Shown here: positions 47,704-58,881 of the stretch, in pieces
Layout: each line of letters opens with the position of its first letter
Numbering within the stretch: the stretch's first letter is position 1
DNA from: Methanofastidiosum sp.
GTDB lineage: Archaea > Methanobacteriota_B > Thermococci > Methanofastidiosales > Methanofastidiosaceae
Length of the DNA: 64,000 nucleotides
Assembly: GCA_039679445.1 (NCBI GenBank)
Contig: JBDKUY010000005.1
Span: 2,210 to 66,209 of the forward strand
Direction of reading: 5' to 3'
Notes under the pieces: model-generated
Databases searched by the model: none
What the model was told of the DNA's origin: nothing
What the model saw: only the letters and a program-made list of their open reading frames with translations
Position numbers and translations under genes: made by a program

Positions 47704-48645
47704 TTAATTTACTATAACTAAATAGGTTATAATTATAGACATTATGCCAAAAACAGCCCCAATAAACCAAATTATAAGGACTAGGCTTTTTTCAGTGAGT
47801 TTAAAATGGGAAGTAAGTAAATTCGCCACCGAGAGATATTTTTGGGGGTATAATATCCCTTTGTTGTCCACTTTGGTCGGGCCATATTTTTTTCCGCCAA
47901 ATCTTTTCATTGATTTGAATAAAAACTCCATAATTTGAGGTAGTAAAAGGATTACTCCAATTATCTCAATATGTTTTATTATAGAAAATGATGCTATTAT
48001 TGCACCAACTATCAAGGTGCCTATATCCCCTGGGAATATTTTTGCTGGGTATTTATTGTAAATTAAAAAAGCAAGGAAAGATAAAGTAAAAGTAAGGAGA
48101 TAAATTGATGTTTTGAGGTCCCCTAAAAGAAATATGCAAATTGAAAGTGAAAGAGTTGATATAAATCCCAATCCAATCTCCTCACCGTTAAACCCTGCAA
48201 GAAGATTAGTCAGATTCGAAGCGGCGGTGACGCCTATAGGAACTATAAGATAGTAGAGGAGACCAATAGGAATCTTGAATAAAATTAGATTTAATGTAGT
48301 GTCTTTGACAAAAAATAATAATGGTATACCCCCCAAGAGGCATGCGATTGTTTTGAGCGATTGAGGTATATTATAAAGGTCATCTATCAGACCAACTATG
48401 CCTATGATTGCAACAGGAAAGATGAACATCAGTATTAATGCATCACTTGATAATAAGTAATAGAGAATAAAAATAGGGATTGTTCCTAGGAGCAGAGCAA
48501 CACCTCCAGCTTCAGGAATCTCAAGCCTTTCTATCTTATGGAGGTCAATACCAAATAAACCGTGCTTTTTATTGGTTTTGCCGACGATTGGGGTAATGAT
48601 AAGTGTAGTTATGAATGAAATAATCGGAAGCAATATGCTACTCAT
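47704..48645 (-). CDS. UDP-GlcNAc:polyprenol-P GlcNAc-1-P transferase (AglH/MraY family)
   Basis: DLHK..IPEAGG, GLIDD, N..AGFNG.E, NKYPAKIFPGD.G. Confidence 0.88.
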   Translation of the reverse strand: MSSILLPIISFITTLIITPIVGKTNKKHGLFGIDLHKIERLEIPEAGGVALLLGTIPIFILYYLLSSDALILMFIFPVAIIGIVGLIDDLYNIPQSLKTIACLLGGIPLLFFVKDTTLNLILFKIPIGLLYYLIVPIGVTAASNLTNLLAGFNGEEIGLGFISTLSLSICIFLLGDLKTSIYLLTFTLSFLAFLIYNKYPAKIFPGDIGTLIVGAIIASFSIIKHIEIIGVILLLPQIMEFLFKSMKRFGGKKYGPTKVDNKGILYPQKYLSVANLLTSHFKLTEKSLVLIIWFIGAVFGIMSIIITYLVIVN

Positions 48646-48684
48646 GAAATAACTGTTATATATACGTTCTTAAATATTGTTATT

Positions 48685-49335
48685 ATGGAGAAACAGCTCT
48701 CTAATTACACTCTTTTTCTATTTGACATGGATGGAACTTTAGTAAAATTTAAGCTTGACTTTGAGTATCTAAAGAGAGTTACTAGAAAGATTCTAGAAGA
48801 TAATGGGATATATCTAGAGATCAGAGGGTCTTTAATTGAGACATTAAAAGAATTAAGGCCCATATTTACCAAGGAAGAAGAATATAATGAATTTGTGAAG
48901 GGCATTGAAAATATTATAGTCCAGCATGAACTCGAAGCATCAGAAAAAGCTGAGGCTTTCCCCCATTCTATAGAGTTACTAAATATTTTAAAGTCAAAAG
49001 GGAAGAATATTGGAGTAATTACTAGGAATAGTAAAGCTGCATCTATGAAGACACTAGAAGTTTCTGGATTAATGAAATATATGGATGTTATTGTTACAAG
49101 AGAAGATGTCGCAAAAGTAAAACCTGATCCTGAGCACGTAGAAGTTGCCATCAAATTTTTAGAAAAAAAGGCAGAAGATACAGTTGTTATTGGGGATCAC
49201 AAATATGATATCTCTTCTGGAAAAAGGGCTGGATGCTTTACCATAGGAATTCTTTCAGGTGTATCCTCGAAAGAGCTTCTAAACGAAGCAGACCTTATAG
49301 TTTCTTCGCTAGAGGAAATTATTTCGTTTTTATAG
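48685..49335 (+). CDS. HAD family phosphatase
   Basis: FDMDGTL, TRN, KPDP, IGD..D. Confidence 0.9.
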   Translation: MEKQLSNYTLFLFDMDGTLVKFKLDFEYLKRVTRKILEDNGIYLEIRGSLIETLKELRPIFTKEEEYNEFVKGIENIIVQHELEASEKAEAFPHSIELLNILKSKGKNIGVITRNSKAASMKTLEVSGLMKYMDVIVTREDVAKVKPDPEHVEVAIKFLEKKAEDTVVIGDHKYDISSGKRAGCFTIGILSGVSSKELLNEADLIVSSLEEIISFL

Positions 49336-49405
49336 GATATAGACAATAAAGTTTTTAAACAACAATTTAATCGTTTCGTATATATCCAAAGAAAGGAGGG
49401 TCACA

Positions 49406-49807
49406 ATGGAATACAAAATTATTGTTTCTTACCAAGATGGTAAAACTATACAGAAAGAAGTAAAGGACAAACAGGCAGAACCCCTCTTTGGTTTAAAAAT
49501 TGGCGAAGAGTTTAATGGTGAGACGATAGGACTTTCTGGCCATGTATTGAAGATTACAGGCGGATCCGATAAAGACGGATTCCCAATGAGGCAAGACCTC
49601 GACGGTAACAGAAGAGTAAAACTTTTGCTTTCCAAGAGTGTTGGCTTTAGACCAGTAGAACAGGGCGAGAGAAGAAAAAAGAGAGTTAGAGGGAACACCA
49701 TAAACGAAGACACTGTCCAAATTAACACCAAAGTAATTAAGCCTGAAAAATACGAAAATCCTGAAGAAAAGAAAGCAGAAGAAGCACCAGAAGAATCAAA
49801 ATCTTAA
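49406..49807 (+). CDS. rps6e: 30S ribosomal protein S6e
   Basis: ITGGSDKDGFPMR, GERRKKRVRGN. Confidence 0.96.
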   Translation: MEYKIIVSYQDGKTIQKEVKDKQAEPLFGLKIGEEFNGETIGLSGHVLKITGGSDKDGFPMRQDLDGNRRVKLLLSKSVGFRPVEQGERRKKRVRGNTINEDTVQINTKVIKPEKYENPEEKKAEEAPEESKS

Positions 49808-49839
49808 GTGCATATAATTTGTGATAAGGAGATATAAAG

Positions 49840-51060
49840 TTGGGACAAGCTGAAGTAAATATAGGTCTTGTAGGGCATGTCGATCATGGTAAAACTACTT
49901 TGACACGGGCTCTATCTGGAGTTTGGACAGACAAACACAGCGAAGAGCTTAGAAGAGGTATTACAATAAGATTAGGTTATGCAGATATAGAGTTCAGAAA
50001 ATGTGAAACATGCGAAGGGATAGAGGCCTATACTACTGAAAAAACTTGCCCTAAATGTGGTGGAGAATCTAAAGTTTTAAGAAAAGTCTCCTTTGTCGAT
50101 GCACCAGGTCATGAAACCTTAATGGCAACAATGCTTTCAGGCGCCGCAATCATGGACGGGGCCATATTGGTGATTGCAGCAAATGAGAAATGTCCACAAC
50201 CACAGACAAGAGAACATCTAATGGCCTTAAATATTGTAGGAATTAAGAATATTGTTATTGCACAGAATAAAATAGAGCTTGTTTCTAAGGAAAAAGCAAT
50301 TGAAAATTATAATCAGATAAAGAATTTTATTAAAGGAACTGTAGCTGAAAATGCTCCAATTATCCCTATATCTGCTCAGCACAGGGTAAATATTGACTAC
50401 TTGATAAAATCAATTGAAGATGTAATAAAAACTCCAAAAAGAGATTCAAATAAACCACCAATAATGTACATTGCAAGATCTTTTGATACAAACAGACCTG
50501 GCACATTCCCAGAGGACCTAAAAGGTGGAATCTTAGGGGGGTCACTTATTCAAGGTAAGCTAAAAGTTGGGGATAAAATAGAAATAAGGCCCGGCTTTGA
50601 AAAAGTTGAACAGAATAAGAAAGTCTTCAAGCCAATATTAACTGAAGTATCCAGCTTAAATGTTAGCAACGAAGCAGTCGAAGAGGCATTACCCGGGGGG
50701 CTTCTTGGTGTTGGAACTTTCCTAGACCCTGCAGTTACAAAGTCAGATACCCTAGCAGGAAGTATATTGGGGCATCCTGGGGAGTTGCCAAAAGTTTGGG
50801 AAAATTTAACTCTTGAAATAAATCTCCTTGAGAGAGTTGTTGGTACAGAGGATGAAATTGAAGTTGATCCTATAAGGCCTAAAGAAATGCTTTTGTTAAA
50901 TGTCGGGACAGCTAAAACAATAGGCACAACAACAAAGGTCGGGAAAGTCACAGAATTGATATTAAAACTTCCAGTTTGTTCTTTAGTTGGTGAAAGGGTA
51001 GCCATAAGTAGAAGGGTCGGGGCCAGATGGAGACTAATAGGCTACGGAATAATAAAATAG
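49840..51060 (+). CDS. eif2g: Translation initiation factor 2 gamma
   Basis: [35 protein letters not shown]; TTG start. Confidence 0.97.
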   Translation: MGQAEVNIGLVGHVDHGKTTLTRALSGVWTDKHSEELRRGITIRLGYADIEFRKCETCEGIEAYTTEKTCPKCGGESKVLRKVSFVDAPGHETLMATMLSGAAIMDGAILVIAANEKCPQPQTREHLMALNIVGIKNIVIAQNKIELVSKEKAIENYNQIKNFIKGTVAENAPIIPISAQHRVNIDYLIKSIEDVIKTPKRDSNKPPIMYIARSFDTNRPGTFPEDLKGGILGGSLIQGKLKVGDKIEIRPGFEKVEQNKKVFKPILTEVSSLNVSNEAVEEALPGGLLGVGTFLDPAVTKSDTLAGSILGHPGELPKVWENLTLEINLLERVVGTEDEIEVDPIRPKEMLLLNVGTAKTIGTTTKVGKVTELILKLPVCSLVGERVAISRRVGARWRLIGYGIIK

Positions 51061-51431
51061 TTGTAATTCTAGATACAAATTTTCTTCTTCTTCCAGGTAG
51101 ATTTAATCTTAGAATTGAATCAATCGAAGATGTCATTGAAAAAAAATGTAATATAGTAATCCCAACAAATGTTATTTCTGAACTAAAAAGGATAGAGCTT
51201 ACTGGGTCTGATAAAAATGCTAAAGAAATTGCATTAATTATTTCTGAACGTTATGAAAAAATTGAGTTGGAAGGCCCTGTAGATAGATCAATTATAGAAT
51301 ATGCTAAAACTAACAAATGCATTGTAGCAACAAACGACGTGAAATTAAAGTCAGATTTAAGAAAGATCCAAGTTCCAGTTGTTTTTGTAAAAAATGGAAC
51401 AAGACTTGGGCTTGAAGGTTACATTGAGTGA
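51027..51431 (+). CDS. PIN-domain protein (Fcf1/Utp24-like)
   Basis: ILDTNFL, V..EL, D..I, VATND; conserved position after eif2g. Confidence 0.85.
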   Translation: METNRLRNNKIVVILDTNFLLLPGRFNLRIESIEDVIEKKCNIVIPTNVISELKRIELTGSDKNAKEIALIISERYEKIELEGPVDRSIIEYAKTNKCIVATNDVKLKSDLRKIQVPVVFVKNGTRLGLEGYIE

Positions 51432-51913
51432 ATTATTCTTTTGATAATGTCTATGTTGGTATTAACTGGATTAGATGTGTCTATAATTATCACATCTTCT
51501 TCAAATTCTTCAAATATTTTTTTCATTTTGAGGTATACGCTGTAATCTGCGTCACTGAACTTATCCTTCCTTTTATTTATTCTTTCCTTAAGAAGTTCTT
51601 CAGGGGTCTCACAATAAACAAAGTAGACTTCTTCACAAAATGATTTTCCAACTTCTTTTGCCCTTTGTCTTAATACTTTTGTATAAAAAGTTCCATCAAG
51701 AATGACATTTTTACCCATAGCCAAATATTTCCCAGTTTGCGAAAATAGTTCATCGTATACAATTCTTTTATCTTCTTCATCATATACTGGCTTTTCAAAA
51801 ATCATTTTTCTTATCTTGTCAGTTGAAAAAACAACAGCATCTGTTTCTTTTGCAAGTGCTTCAGCAATTGTTGTCTTTCCTGTGCCCGGAAGACCAGTTA
51901 CCACAATGAGCAT
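51419..51913 (-). CDS. P-loop nucleotide kinase (AAA_33-like)
   Basis: GLPGTGKTT, TDKIRK, VILDGTF, SDAD. Confidence 0.8.
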   Translation of the reverse strand: MLIVVTGLPGTGKTTIAEALAKETDAVVFSTDKIRKMIFEKPVYDEEDKRIVYDELFSQTGKYLAMGKNVILDGTFYTKVLRQRAKEVGKSFCEEVYFVYCETPEELLKERINKRKDKFSDADYSVYLKMKKIFEEFEEDVIIIDTSNPVNTNIDIIKRIIHSM

Positions 51914-51972
51914 GCACTATCTCCTAAGGTAAGTTTTAAATATATTACTCAAAATATAGGCTGAGGGATAAT

Positions 51973-52284
51973 TTGCCAGATAGATTTACAAAGCCGCCTT
52001 TTAAGAAGGTAAAAATAAAAGAAATACCAAATGAAAAATATGTTAGTGTTGTAGGGGCCATAATCAAAAAAGAAGGTAATGATATCCTTTTGGACGATGG
52101 CACAGGGCAAATCGAAGTCGTTTTTGGCGAAGATATCAATTTCAAAGAAGGTGACATCGTTAGGGTTTTCGGTGCTGCCATCTCGGGCTCTTTAAAAGGA
52201 GAACTAATTCAAGACATGTCAGAGCTTGATATAAAGCTCTACAGGGAAAGTTTTGACAAAATAAAAAGTCTATATTATAAATAA
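51973..52284 (+). CDS. Small OB-fold protein (RPA subunit-like)
   Basis: VSVVGAI..LDDGTGQI..GDIVRVFG..ELIQD. Confidence 0.75.
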   Translation: MPDRFTKPPFKKVKIKEIPNEKYVSVVGAIIKKEGNDILLDDGTGQIEVVFGEDINFKEGDIVRVFGAAISGSLKGELIQDMSELDIKLYRESFDKIKSLYYK

Positions 52285-52344
52285 TATTCCAATAAATTTA
52301 TATAAATAATAATAACTATTGCATATAGGTTGTAAGGTGAGCTA

Positions 52345-53082
52345 ATGTTTGAAGCTGTTTTGAGTGCAGAAACATGGAAAAAATGTGTCACTGCTATTGG
52401 TAGTCTCGTAGAGGAAGTTCCTTTGAAGATTACTGCCGAAGGTATTGAGTTAAGGGCTATGGATCCATCTCATGTAAGCATGATCGATTTTAAAATGAAC
52501 AAGGAAGTATTTGCGGAATATAAAACTGATAAAGAGGCCATCATAGGCATTGATATTGAAGATATGTCAAAATTCATAAACAGAAGCCGAAGCGATGATA
52601 TTCTTGTTCTAAAACTTGATGAAGAGAAAAACAAAATACTTATGGTATTAAAAGGAACATCAACTAGGAGATTCGGGTGTCAGCTTATAGATGTCACCGA
52701 ACAATCGAATCTCAAGATGCCTGCTTTAAATACCACTTCAAAGGTAAGGCTTAGTTCTCAAGCTTTTAGAGAAGGCCTAAAAGATGCAAATATAGTGTCA
52801 GACCATGTTTCCCTGAAAGCAGACGATGCATTTTATATGAATGCCGAAGGAGACACAGGTGACATTGAAGTAAAACTTGAAAAGGGTGACCCCGATCTTT
52901 ATGAGATTATTGTATCTGCAGGAGCTTCTTCAACATTTAATTTGAGCTACCTAACAGACATGTCAAAGTCAATACCTGGAGAAATGTCAATCGAAATAGG
53001 AAGCGATATGCCCGTAAAGATTGAATTTGAAATCGAAGGCGCTTCATTTGTATTCATTCTTGCCCCAAGAGTCGAAAGATGA
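52345..53082 (+). CDS. pcn: DNA sliding clamp PCNA
   Basis: RAMDPSHVSM, FNLSYL, P.KIEF, LAPRVE. Confidence 0.96.
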   Translation: MFEAVLSAETWKKCVTAIGSLVEEVPLKITAEGIELRAMDPSHVSMIDFKMNKEVFAEYKTDKEAIIGIDIEDMSKFINRSRSDDILVLKLDEEKNKILMVLKGTSTRRFGCQLIDVTEQSNLKMPALNTTSKVRLSSQAFREGLKDANIVSDHVSLKADDAFYMNAEGDTGDIEVKLEKGDPDLYEIIVSAGASSTFNLSYLTDMSKSIPGEMSIEIGSDMPVKIEFEIEGASFVFILAPRVER

Positions 53083-53594
53083 GAAGTAATATGGGAAAAT
53101 ATAATGACGACCCCATAAATATCTTTAGAAAAGAATACATAAAAAATGGTATTCTTGACTCTAATACTGAAGATAATAAAGATATTATTGATTTATTAAG
53201 TAAAACTTTTGACGAAGATTCGCTTGAAGGCAAAATAAAAAAAGCTAAAAGTGAATATACTAAAATGCAATTTGAGGCTTTTTGTAGAAAAAGATTTAGA
53301 TCCATATTTGAGAAATCTCTTGAAAATGTAGGATTAGATAATGAGTTAGAAATTAGAATTTCTAAGACAATTCAAGTTCTTCTTAATGAATATAAGAGCA
53401 ATATCCTTAATGTAAATATCTCTCCTAAAGAAAGAAGGGAAAAGGTTTTTAAGGAGGTAAAGCTCTCACAAGATGTACCAGAGTTCATAGGAGAGGATAT
53501 GAGGGCCTATGGACCATATAAAAAAGGGGAAATAATTTCAATCCCCTTGAGAAATGCAGAGATACTTATAAGAGAGAAAGTTGCTGAGAGCTAG
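53079..53594 (+). CDS. gins51: GINS subunit Gins51 (Gins15)
   Basis: B-domain VPEFIGEDMRAYGPYKKGEIISIP.RNAEILI; position between PCNA and L44e. Confidence 0.8.
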   Translation: MRSNMGKYNDDPINIFRKEYIKNGILDSNTEDNKDIIDLLSKTFDEDSLEGKIKKAKSEYTKMQFEAFCRKRFRSIFEKSLENVGLDNELEIRISKTIQVLLNEYKSNILNVNISPKERREKVFKEVKLSQDVPEFIGEDMRAYGPYKKGEIISIPLRNAEILIREKVAES

Positions 53595-53609
53595 TCAAGA
53601 GTGATTCTT

Positions 53610-53888
53610 ATGAAAATGCCAAAAAAAATGAATACCTATTGCCCGACCTGTAAAAAGCATACGTCACATAAGGTTGAGACTGTAAAGAAAAGGAAAAGAG
53701 GAGAACTTAGTGCAGGTCAGAGAAGGTATAAAAGAAAAATTAAAGGTTACAGAGGTTTCCCCAGATCTTCAGTTAGTGGTGGGAAAGCTGTAAGCAAACT
53801 TGATTTAAGATATAGATGCGAATTATGTAAAAAAGCCACTACAAGAAAAGGCTTCAGAGTTAAAAAGTTAGAATTCGTGGAGGCATAA
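53610..53888 (+). CDS. rpl44e: 50S ribosomal protein L44e
   Basis: MPKK..TYCP.CKKHT.H, GQRRY.RK..GY.G, C..C.K. Confidence 0.95.
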   Translation: MKMPKKMNTYCPTCKKHTSHKVETVKKRKRGELSAGQRRYKRKIKGYRGFPRSSVSGGKAVSKLDLRYRCELCKKATTRKGFRVKKLEFVEA

Positions 53889-53889
53889 T

Positions 53890-54066
53890 ATGAAAAAACT
53901 TGTTTCAAAGTTTTTGAGAGTAAAATGCACTGACTGTTCAAGCGAACAGATAGTATTTAACAGGCCCGCTATCACCGTAAAATGCCTTACTTGTGGAAAA
54001 TCCCTTGTTGAGTCAAAAGGTGGAGTAGGCAAGATTAATGCCGAAATACTAGAAGTATTGGAGTGA
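53890..54066 (+). CDS. rps27e: 30S ribosomal protein S27e (absent from ORF track)
   Basis: Manual translation [46 protein letters not shown]. Confidence 0.95.
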   Translation: MKKLVSKFLRVKCTDCSSEQIVFNRPAITVKCLTCGKSLVESKGGVGKINAEILEVLE

Positions 54067-54073
54067 TTATTCA

Positions 54074-54853
54074 ATGCTTGAAAGGGATTACCCCGAAGAA
54101 GGGGATCTTGTCATGTGTTCCGTTAAGGAAGTATTTCCTTACGGCGCGTTCGTTATCCTTGACGAATATGACAAGGAGGGTATGATACATATAAAGGAAA
54201 TCTCCTCCAGTTGGGTTAAAAATATTAGAAATCATGTGAGGGAAGGTCAAAAAATAGTATGCAAGGTTCTAAAAGTTGACGCATCTAAAAATCACATAGA
54301 CTTATCCCTTAGACGAGTTACAAGCCAACAGAAGAAAACAAAAGTTCAGGAATTCAAGAGAGAAAAAAAAGGCGAAAAACTATTAGAGCTATACGCTTCA
54401 AATATTGGAGAAGATTACAAAAGTATTATCCATAATATTGGGGTACCCATTGTTAATAAATATGGCGATTTATACGCCGCTTTTGAAGAGACTTCAACAA
54501 AAGGCAAGAGTGTTTTAGAGGGATTAATAGACGAGAAATACGTTGATGGGCTTTATGAAATTATAAAAACTAATGTTGAAAATCCATTAGTTTCCATTAC
54601 AGGTCACATAGCCCTTGAATGTTTTTCCGGTGATGGAGTAAACATAGTAAAGGACGCTTTAGTCAATGCAAGAGAAAAATACAAAGACAAAGTAGAAGAT
54701 GTGGAAATAAGGAATGAAGGGTCCCCAAAATATTCTATTCATATCGTTGCTGAAGATTATAAAGCAGCAGAATCTGTTTTAAGAGATATTGCTGAAATGG
54801 CAATTTCTCATGTCCAGAGTAATGAGGGTAAAGGGTCCTTTAAGAGATCATGA
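54074..54853 (+). CDS. eif2a: Translation initiation factor 2 alpha
   Basis: [40 protein letters not shown]. Confidence 0.96.
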   Translation: MLERDYPEEGDLVMCSVKEVFPYGAFVILDEYDKEGMIHIKEISSSWVKNIRNHVREGQKIVCKVLKVDASKNHIDLSLRRVTSQQKKTKVQEFKREKKGEKLLELYASNIGEDYKSIIHNIGVPIVNKYGDLYAAFEETSTKGKSVLEGLIDEKYVDGLYEIIKTNVENPLVSITGHIALECFSGDGVNIVKDALVNAREKYKDKVEDVEIRNEGSPKYSIHIVAEDYKAAESVLRDIAEMAISHVQSNEGKGSFKRS

Positions 54854-54854
54854 T

Positions 54855-55016
54855 ATGAAGATGAAAATCTGCCCTAAATGCAATAAGTATACCTTAAAGG
54901 ATTTGTGTCCTTTATGTAATACTCCTGCCGTAAATCCTCACCCTCCAAAGTTTTCACCTGAGGACAAATACGGCAAATATAGGAGATTAATCAAAAAAGA
55001 GAGTGGAGTGCTATGA
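54855..55016 (+). CDS. nop10: H/ACA RNP protein Nop10
   Basis: [27 protein letters not shown]. Confidence 0.95.
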   Translation: MKMKICPKCNKYTLKDLCPLCNTPAVNPHPPKFSPEDKYGKYRRLIKKESGVL

Positions 55017-55792
55017 AAGAAACTTATATTATTGAAGAAAAAAAAGATATAAAACTTGAGAATCCAATATTTGTGGAAGGTCTTCCAGGAATAGGCCTTG
55101 TAGGAAAGTTAGCTGCTGATCATCTTATTCAAGAATTAAAAGCCGTTAAATTTGCTGAATTATATTCTCCAAGATTTCCCCATCAAGCATTAGTTGAAAA
55201 AGACTCAACTATGAGATTAATGAAAAATGAATTCTATTACTATACCGGTGGAAAAAGAGATATATTGTTCTTATCTGGGGATACCCAGCCACCACCAACA
55301 GATGCGTATGGGCATTATGAAATATCCACCACAATTCTGGACTTTGTTGAGAAATTTGGCGTTAAAGAAATGTTTACATTGGGCGGATATTCTACAGGCG
55401 GATATCCTGTAAAGGAGCCAAAAGTATTGGGTGCAGCATCTGATGTTGAAACAGTTGAAAAATACAAAGACAAAAATATTGTTTTTAGAGAAGACCCAGG
55501 GTCTGCAATTGTTGGCGCATCTGGACTTCTTATCGCAATGGGGAAACTTAGAAACATGAATGGCTTATGTCTTTTGGGAGAATCTCCAGGATACATAATT
55601 GATGCCAAAGCTTCAAAGGCGGTTCTACAAGTATTAGTTGATATATTAGAACTTGAGATTAACATGGAAGAACTGGATAAGAGGGCAGAAGAAACTGAAA
55701 AAGCACTTTCAAAGATACAGGAAATGCAGAAGAACATGACTGAATACCAACCATTGCCCCCTGGAAACGAAGAAACAGGATACATAAGGTAA
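55013..55792 (+). CDS. PAC2 family proteasome assembly chaperone (nop10-linked)
   Basis: [34 protein letters not shown]-terminal YIR. Confidence 0.9.
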   Translation: MKETYIIEEKKDIKLENPIFVEGLPGIGLVGKLAADHLIQELKAVKFAELYSPRFPHQALVEKDSTMRLMKNEFYYYTGGKRDILFLSGDTQPPPTDAYGHYEISTTILDFVEKFGVKEMFTLGGYSTGGYPVKEPKVLGAASDVETVEKYKDKNIVFREDPGSAIVGASGLLIAMGKLRNMNGLCLLGESPGYIIDAKASKAVLQVLVDILELEINMEELDKRAEETEKALSKIQEMQKNMTEYQPLPPGNEETGYIR

Positions 55793-55967
55793 TTATTTAA
55801 TTACTTTTTATTTTATTTTTATGCTTAAAAAATATTATTCTACTTGTTAGTGAAGCAAGACTAACTAATATAGCTTCGATAATTGCTATTTCATGACTAT
55901 TACTGTCTAAATAGAGTAAACAATAAAAATGAATGATTCTTAACTTATTCGTATTAGGTGAGAATAG

Positions 55968-56562
55968 ATGTCAGTGGCCTTTATAGATAAAAACCGTATG
56001 GAGTCTTTGGTCGATGGAATTTTTGCAGTATGCATGACTATCTTAGTTTTGACAATTGACTTTCCTAAAGGGTTGATATTAAAGATGACATTGTAATTCT
56101 GAAAGCGATAGAAAATCTAATCCCTCAAATAATTATTTATTTTGTAGCTTTTGCTTTAATTGGCATATTTTGGTGCATTTACCATAGTCGATTCCGATAT
56201 GTAAAAAATTGTATAATAAGTTTATATAGATAAATTTATTTTGGTTGATGTTTATAGATTTGATGCCTTTCTCAACTTCTTTAAATGGAGATTATCCAAT
56301 GTTTCATACAGCCGTCCTTGTATTCCATCTAAACTTTTTGATAGTATCCTCTTTATTATTTATACTATGGGCATATGCATCTACAAATAATCTGATTGAT
56401 GAACATTTAGAAAAAAAGACTGTAAGACTAAATAGAAATATACTTATCGTGATGGTTGTAGTATGTTTATTTGCTTTGATAATTTCGTTCTTTTCACCTT
56501 CAATACGTAATCTTTCCTATTTTTTAATATTCCCTGGGATTTTGCTCGTGAAAAGATACTAA
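55968..56562 (+). pseudogene. TMEM175-family K+ channel pseudogene
   Basis: ATG 55968 gives RMESLVDGIFAVCMTILVL; frameshift near 56070, second frameshift near 56212, in-frame TAG, then LMFI.LMPFSTSL. Confidence 0.8.
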
Positions 56563-56567
56563 AAATA

Positions 56568-57449
56568 TTATTTACTTTTTCCCTGCATTAAATAGTTTAT
56601 TATCCTTTCATAAATATCGGGATAAAGCCTGTCTTCGCCGCCGTCTAGAGAAGGATTATCATTTACTTCAATCACATAAAGAGCTCCATTACTTTCTTTT
56701 ATGTCAACTCCGTATAGGCCATTTCCGATAGCATTTCCTGCTCTTATGCCAAGATCGATTATTTCCTGTGGCACCTCTTCTTTCGGAACACTTACAACAT
56801 CGCAGTAGACTAAATGACCATTTACTGAGGCCTGTATTTTAAAAGTTTCATTGGGGATTATATACTTGCATGCATACAATAATTCTCCATTAAGAACCCC
56901 TATCCTCCAATCAAATTTGCTATCAACAAATTCTTGGACTACCACCCAGTCAGATAGTTTTATGAATCTTCTTGAAACTTTTATGAACTCTTCTTTTGTG
57001 TAGACCCTTTCCACTCTTGCCGAAAAAGATGTTGAAGGTTCTTTTAGAATTATGGGTGGATTAAACATTTTAAATACTTCTTCTAGATTTTCTAAAGTAA
57101 CTTCTCCTTTCTTCATGAAAACAGTTCTTGGCATAGGAACGTCTTTTTTCATGAGATGGAGATACATGTTAACTTTATCAGAACATATTCTTATAGAGTT
57201 AGGATCATCTATTACAGGGATTCCTTTCAATTCCGCAATTCTTGCAGCTACATAACTTATATTCATTGAGTCAGTTCTAGCTCTAATAAAAAGGGCATCA
57301 AGTCCCGATATTTTTTTTATCTCCGTTGGGAAGATAAAATAGGCATAATGCCCTAATCTTTCAGCTTCTTCTCTGAATTTAATTAGAGATATGAGTTGTA
57401 CTGAACTACTAAGAGTCTGCCTATCAACAAAAATTCCTAATTTCCCCAT
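56568..57449 (-). CDS. RimK-like ATP-grasp ligase
   Basis: DALFIRA, VIDDP.SI..CSDK, ILKEP..SFS, QEF, DWRIGVL, YGVDIKE, IEVNDNPS. Confidence 0.88.
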   Translation of the reverse strand: MGKLGIFVDRQTLSSSVQLISLIKFREEAERLGHYAYFIFPTEIKKISGLDALFIRARTDSMNISYVAARIAELKGIPVIDDPNSIRICSDKVNMYLHLMKKDVPMPRTVFMKKGEVTLENLEEVFKMFNPPIILKEPSTSFSARVERVYTKEEFIKVSRRFIKLSDWVVVQEFVDSKFDWRIGVLNGELLYACKYIIPNETFKIQASVNGHLVYCDVVSVPKEEVPQEIIDLGIRAGNAIGNGLYGVDIKESNGALYVIEVNDNPSLDGGEDRLYPDIYERIINYLMQGKSK

Positions 57450-58275
57450 TTTCTATCCCAATTTCGACCCTAGTTTTGAATTCTTCCTTTTCGTCATTAG
57501 GTATTTCTGAATTTCTCATTGGCGATATTGAAGAAAGATAATATTTTTCTCCATCATATATGAGAATTATTTTAGCTACTGGTATTTCAAATACTTCATA
57601 TATTCTTTCTAAAAGAGCACAAATCTCGGGATCTGTCGTAGTATTCTTTCCAAACAGTGTTGAGAAAGTTTTTATTTCAGAATTTGGGGGTAATCTTTGG
57701 AAACAAAAAGGATATTTTCCGCCATGTGTTACTTTTTTTATGACTTCCTTTGCAGTTTCTAAGTCGTTTACTACATCATATTTTGACGAGTCCGAGTAAT
57801 AGTTTATCCCATATATCATGGAAGGTAATGGGCAATATGTGTCTGATATTCCCCATTCGCAGACAGGTATTCCAACCATCTCTGCTTTTGTTAGGCATAT
57901 TGGAACGACGTAGGCATCAAGTACCTCGTCACTACTTGGTGTTATCTTGTATCCATTCTGATTTTCTCTTAAAACTATCCTATAGTATGACTCCGTTTTG
58001 TAGTGGTATTCGTTACTTAAAACGAATAAATTGTTGCCTGAGTACATCTCAGTTATATCTTTATCAAAAAGACTTGTCTTTTTATGCAAAATTCCTGCAC
58101 CCCTTTTATGGGATTTAGAACTACTATCTAAATTTACCTCTAAAGAATTAACAAAAGGCAGAACAAAATTATCAATCGTTTTTACATCACAACTATTTGA
58201 CGCATCATCATCTTCTGATTCCATAAAAACAGCCAGCTGGGATTTCTCCCTACACCATCTCCGTGTTATATTCAT
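57424..58275 (-). CDS. RLAN (RimK-like ATP-grasp N-terminal) domain protein
   Basis: LSNEYHYKTESYY..ENQ.GYKITPS..VLD resembles the RLAN motif; start uncertain. Confidence 0.6.
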   Translation of the reverse strand: MNITRRWCREKSQLAVFMESEDDDASNSCDVKTIDNFVLPFVNSLEVNLDSSSKSHKRGAGILHKKTSLFDKDITEMYSGNNLFVLSNEYHYKTESYYRIVLRENQNGYKITPSSDEVLDAYVVPICLTKAEMVGIPVCEWGISDTYCPLPSMIYGINYYSDSSKYDVVNDLETAKEVIKKVTHGGKYPFCFQRLPPNSEIKTFSTLFGKNTTTDPEICALLERIYEVFEIPVAKIILIYDGEKYYLSSISPMRNSEIPNDEKEEFKTRVEIGIENGEIRNFC

Positions 58276-58568
58276 ATTGCGTAGAGCTCACCTGCAGCAT
58301 TTCTTAGGTAGTTGTTTTCTTTTAGGGAAAAAACTGCCATAGAAGTTATGCCTAGATATGTCAAAATCAATACCGCAATGGTAGAGTTTTTTGCAATTTC
58401 AAAATCTAACAAAAAAGTAATGTCCGATACTATGGATATTATTGTTAAAACATAGTCTAATGAGATTAGAATGACCGTGGTAGCGAATGTCCAGACAAGA
58501 ACAAGTCTGTTCTTATCCTTGTCTAGCAAATTTATGTAGTGTAATGGTGTTTCCATTGTACCTAACAA
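58272..58568 (-). CDS. Small membrane protein
   Basis: Two hydrophobic segments; stop overlaps the start of the RLAN ORF. Confidence 0.5.
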   Translation of the reverse strand: MLGTMETPLHYINLLDKDKNRLVLVWTFATTVILISLDYVLTIISIVSDITFLLDFEIAKNSTIAVLILTYLGITSMAVFSLKENNYLRNAAGELYAI

Positions 58569-58653
58569 TGATTACCGGAAACTACTTTTAAATCTTTCTA
58601 TTGACATTTCTGCAAGTCGAATAACATTTATATAACAAATTAAGTTATTTTTA

Positions 58654-58881
58654 TTGATGGTATCGACAAAAAGTAAGAAAAATACACAAATTAAACCAAG
58701 AGACCCATATAAAACATTTAGAGTTCTAACTTTATTTACAGGAGTATTATTCCTCCTAGTGGGAACTAGATCACTATCCTTTGGAGATTCAGCAGGTGCA
58801 CTTTTAAACGGTATAGCTGGATTATTTTTCTTGATGGCTTCATATGTCTTTTTTAAAAAGAAAAAAGAGGAAGGTAAATGA
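58654..58881 (+). CDS. Small 2-TM protein with poly-Lys tail
   Basis: Two TM helices then FFKKKKE. Confidence 0.6.
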   Translation: MMVSTKSKKNTQIKPRDPYKTFRVLTLFTGVLFLLVGTRSLSFGDSAGALLNGIAGLFFLMASYVFFKKKKEEGK

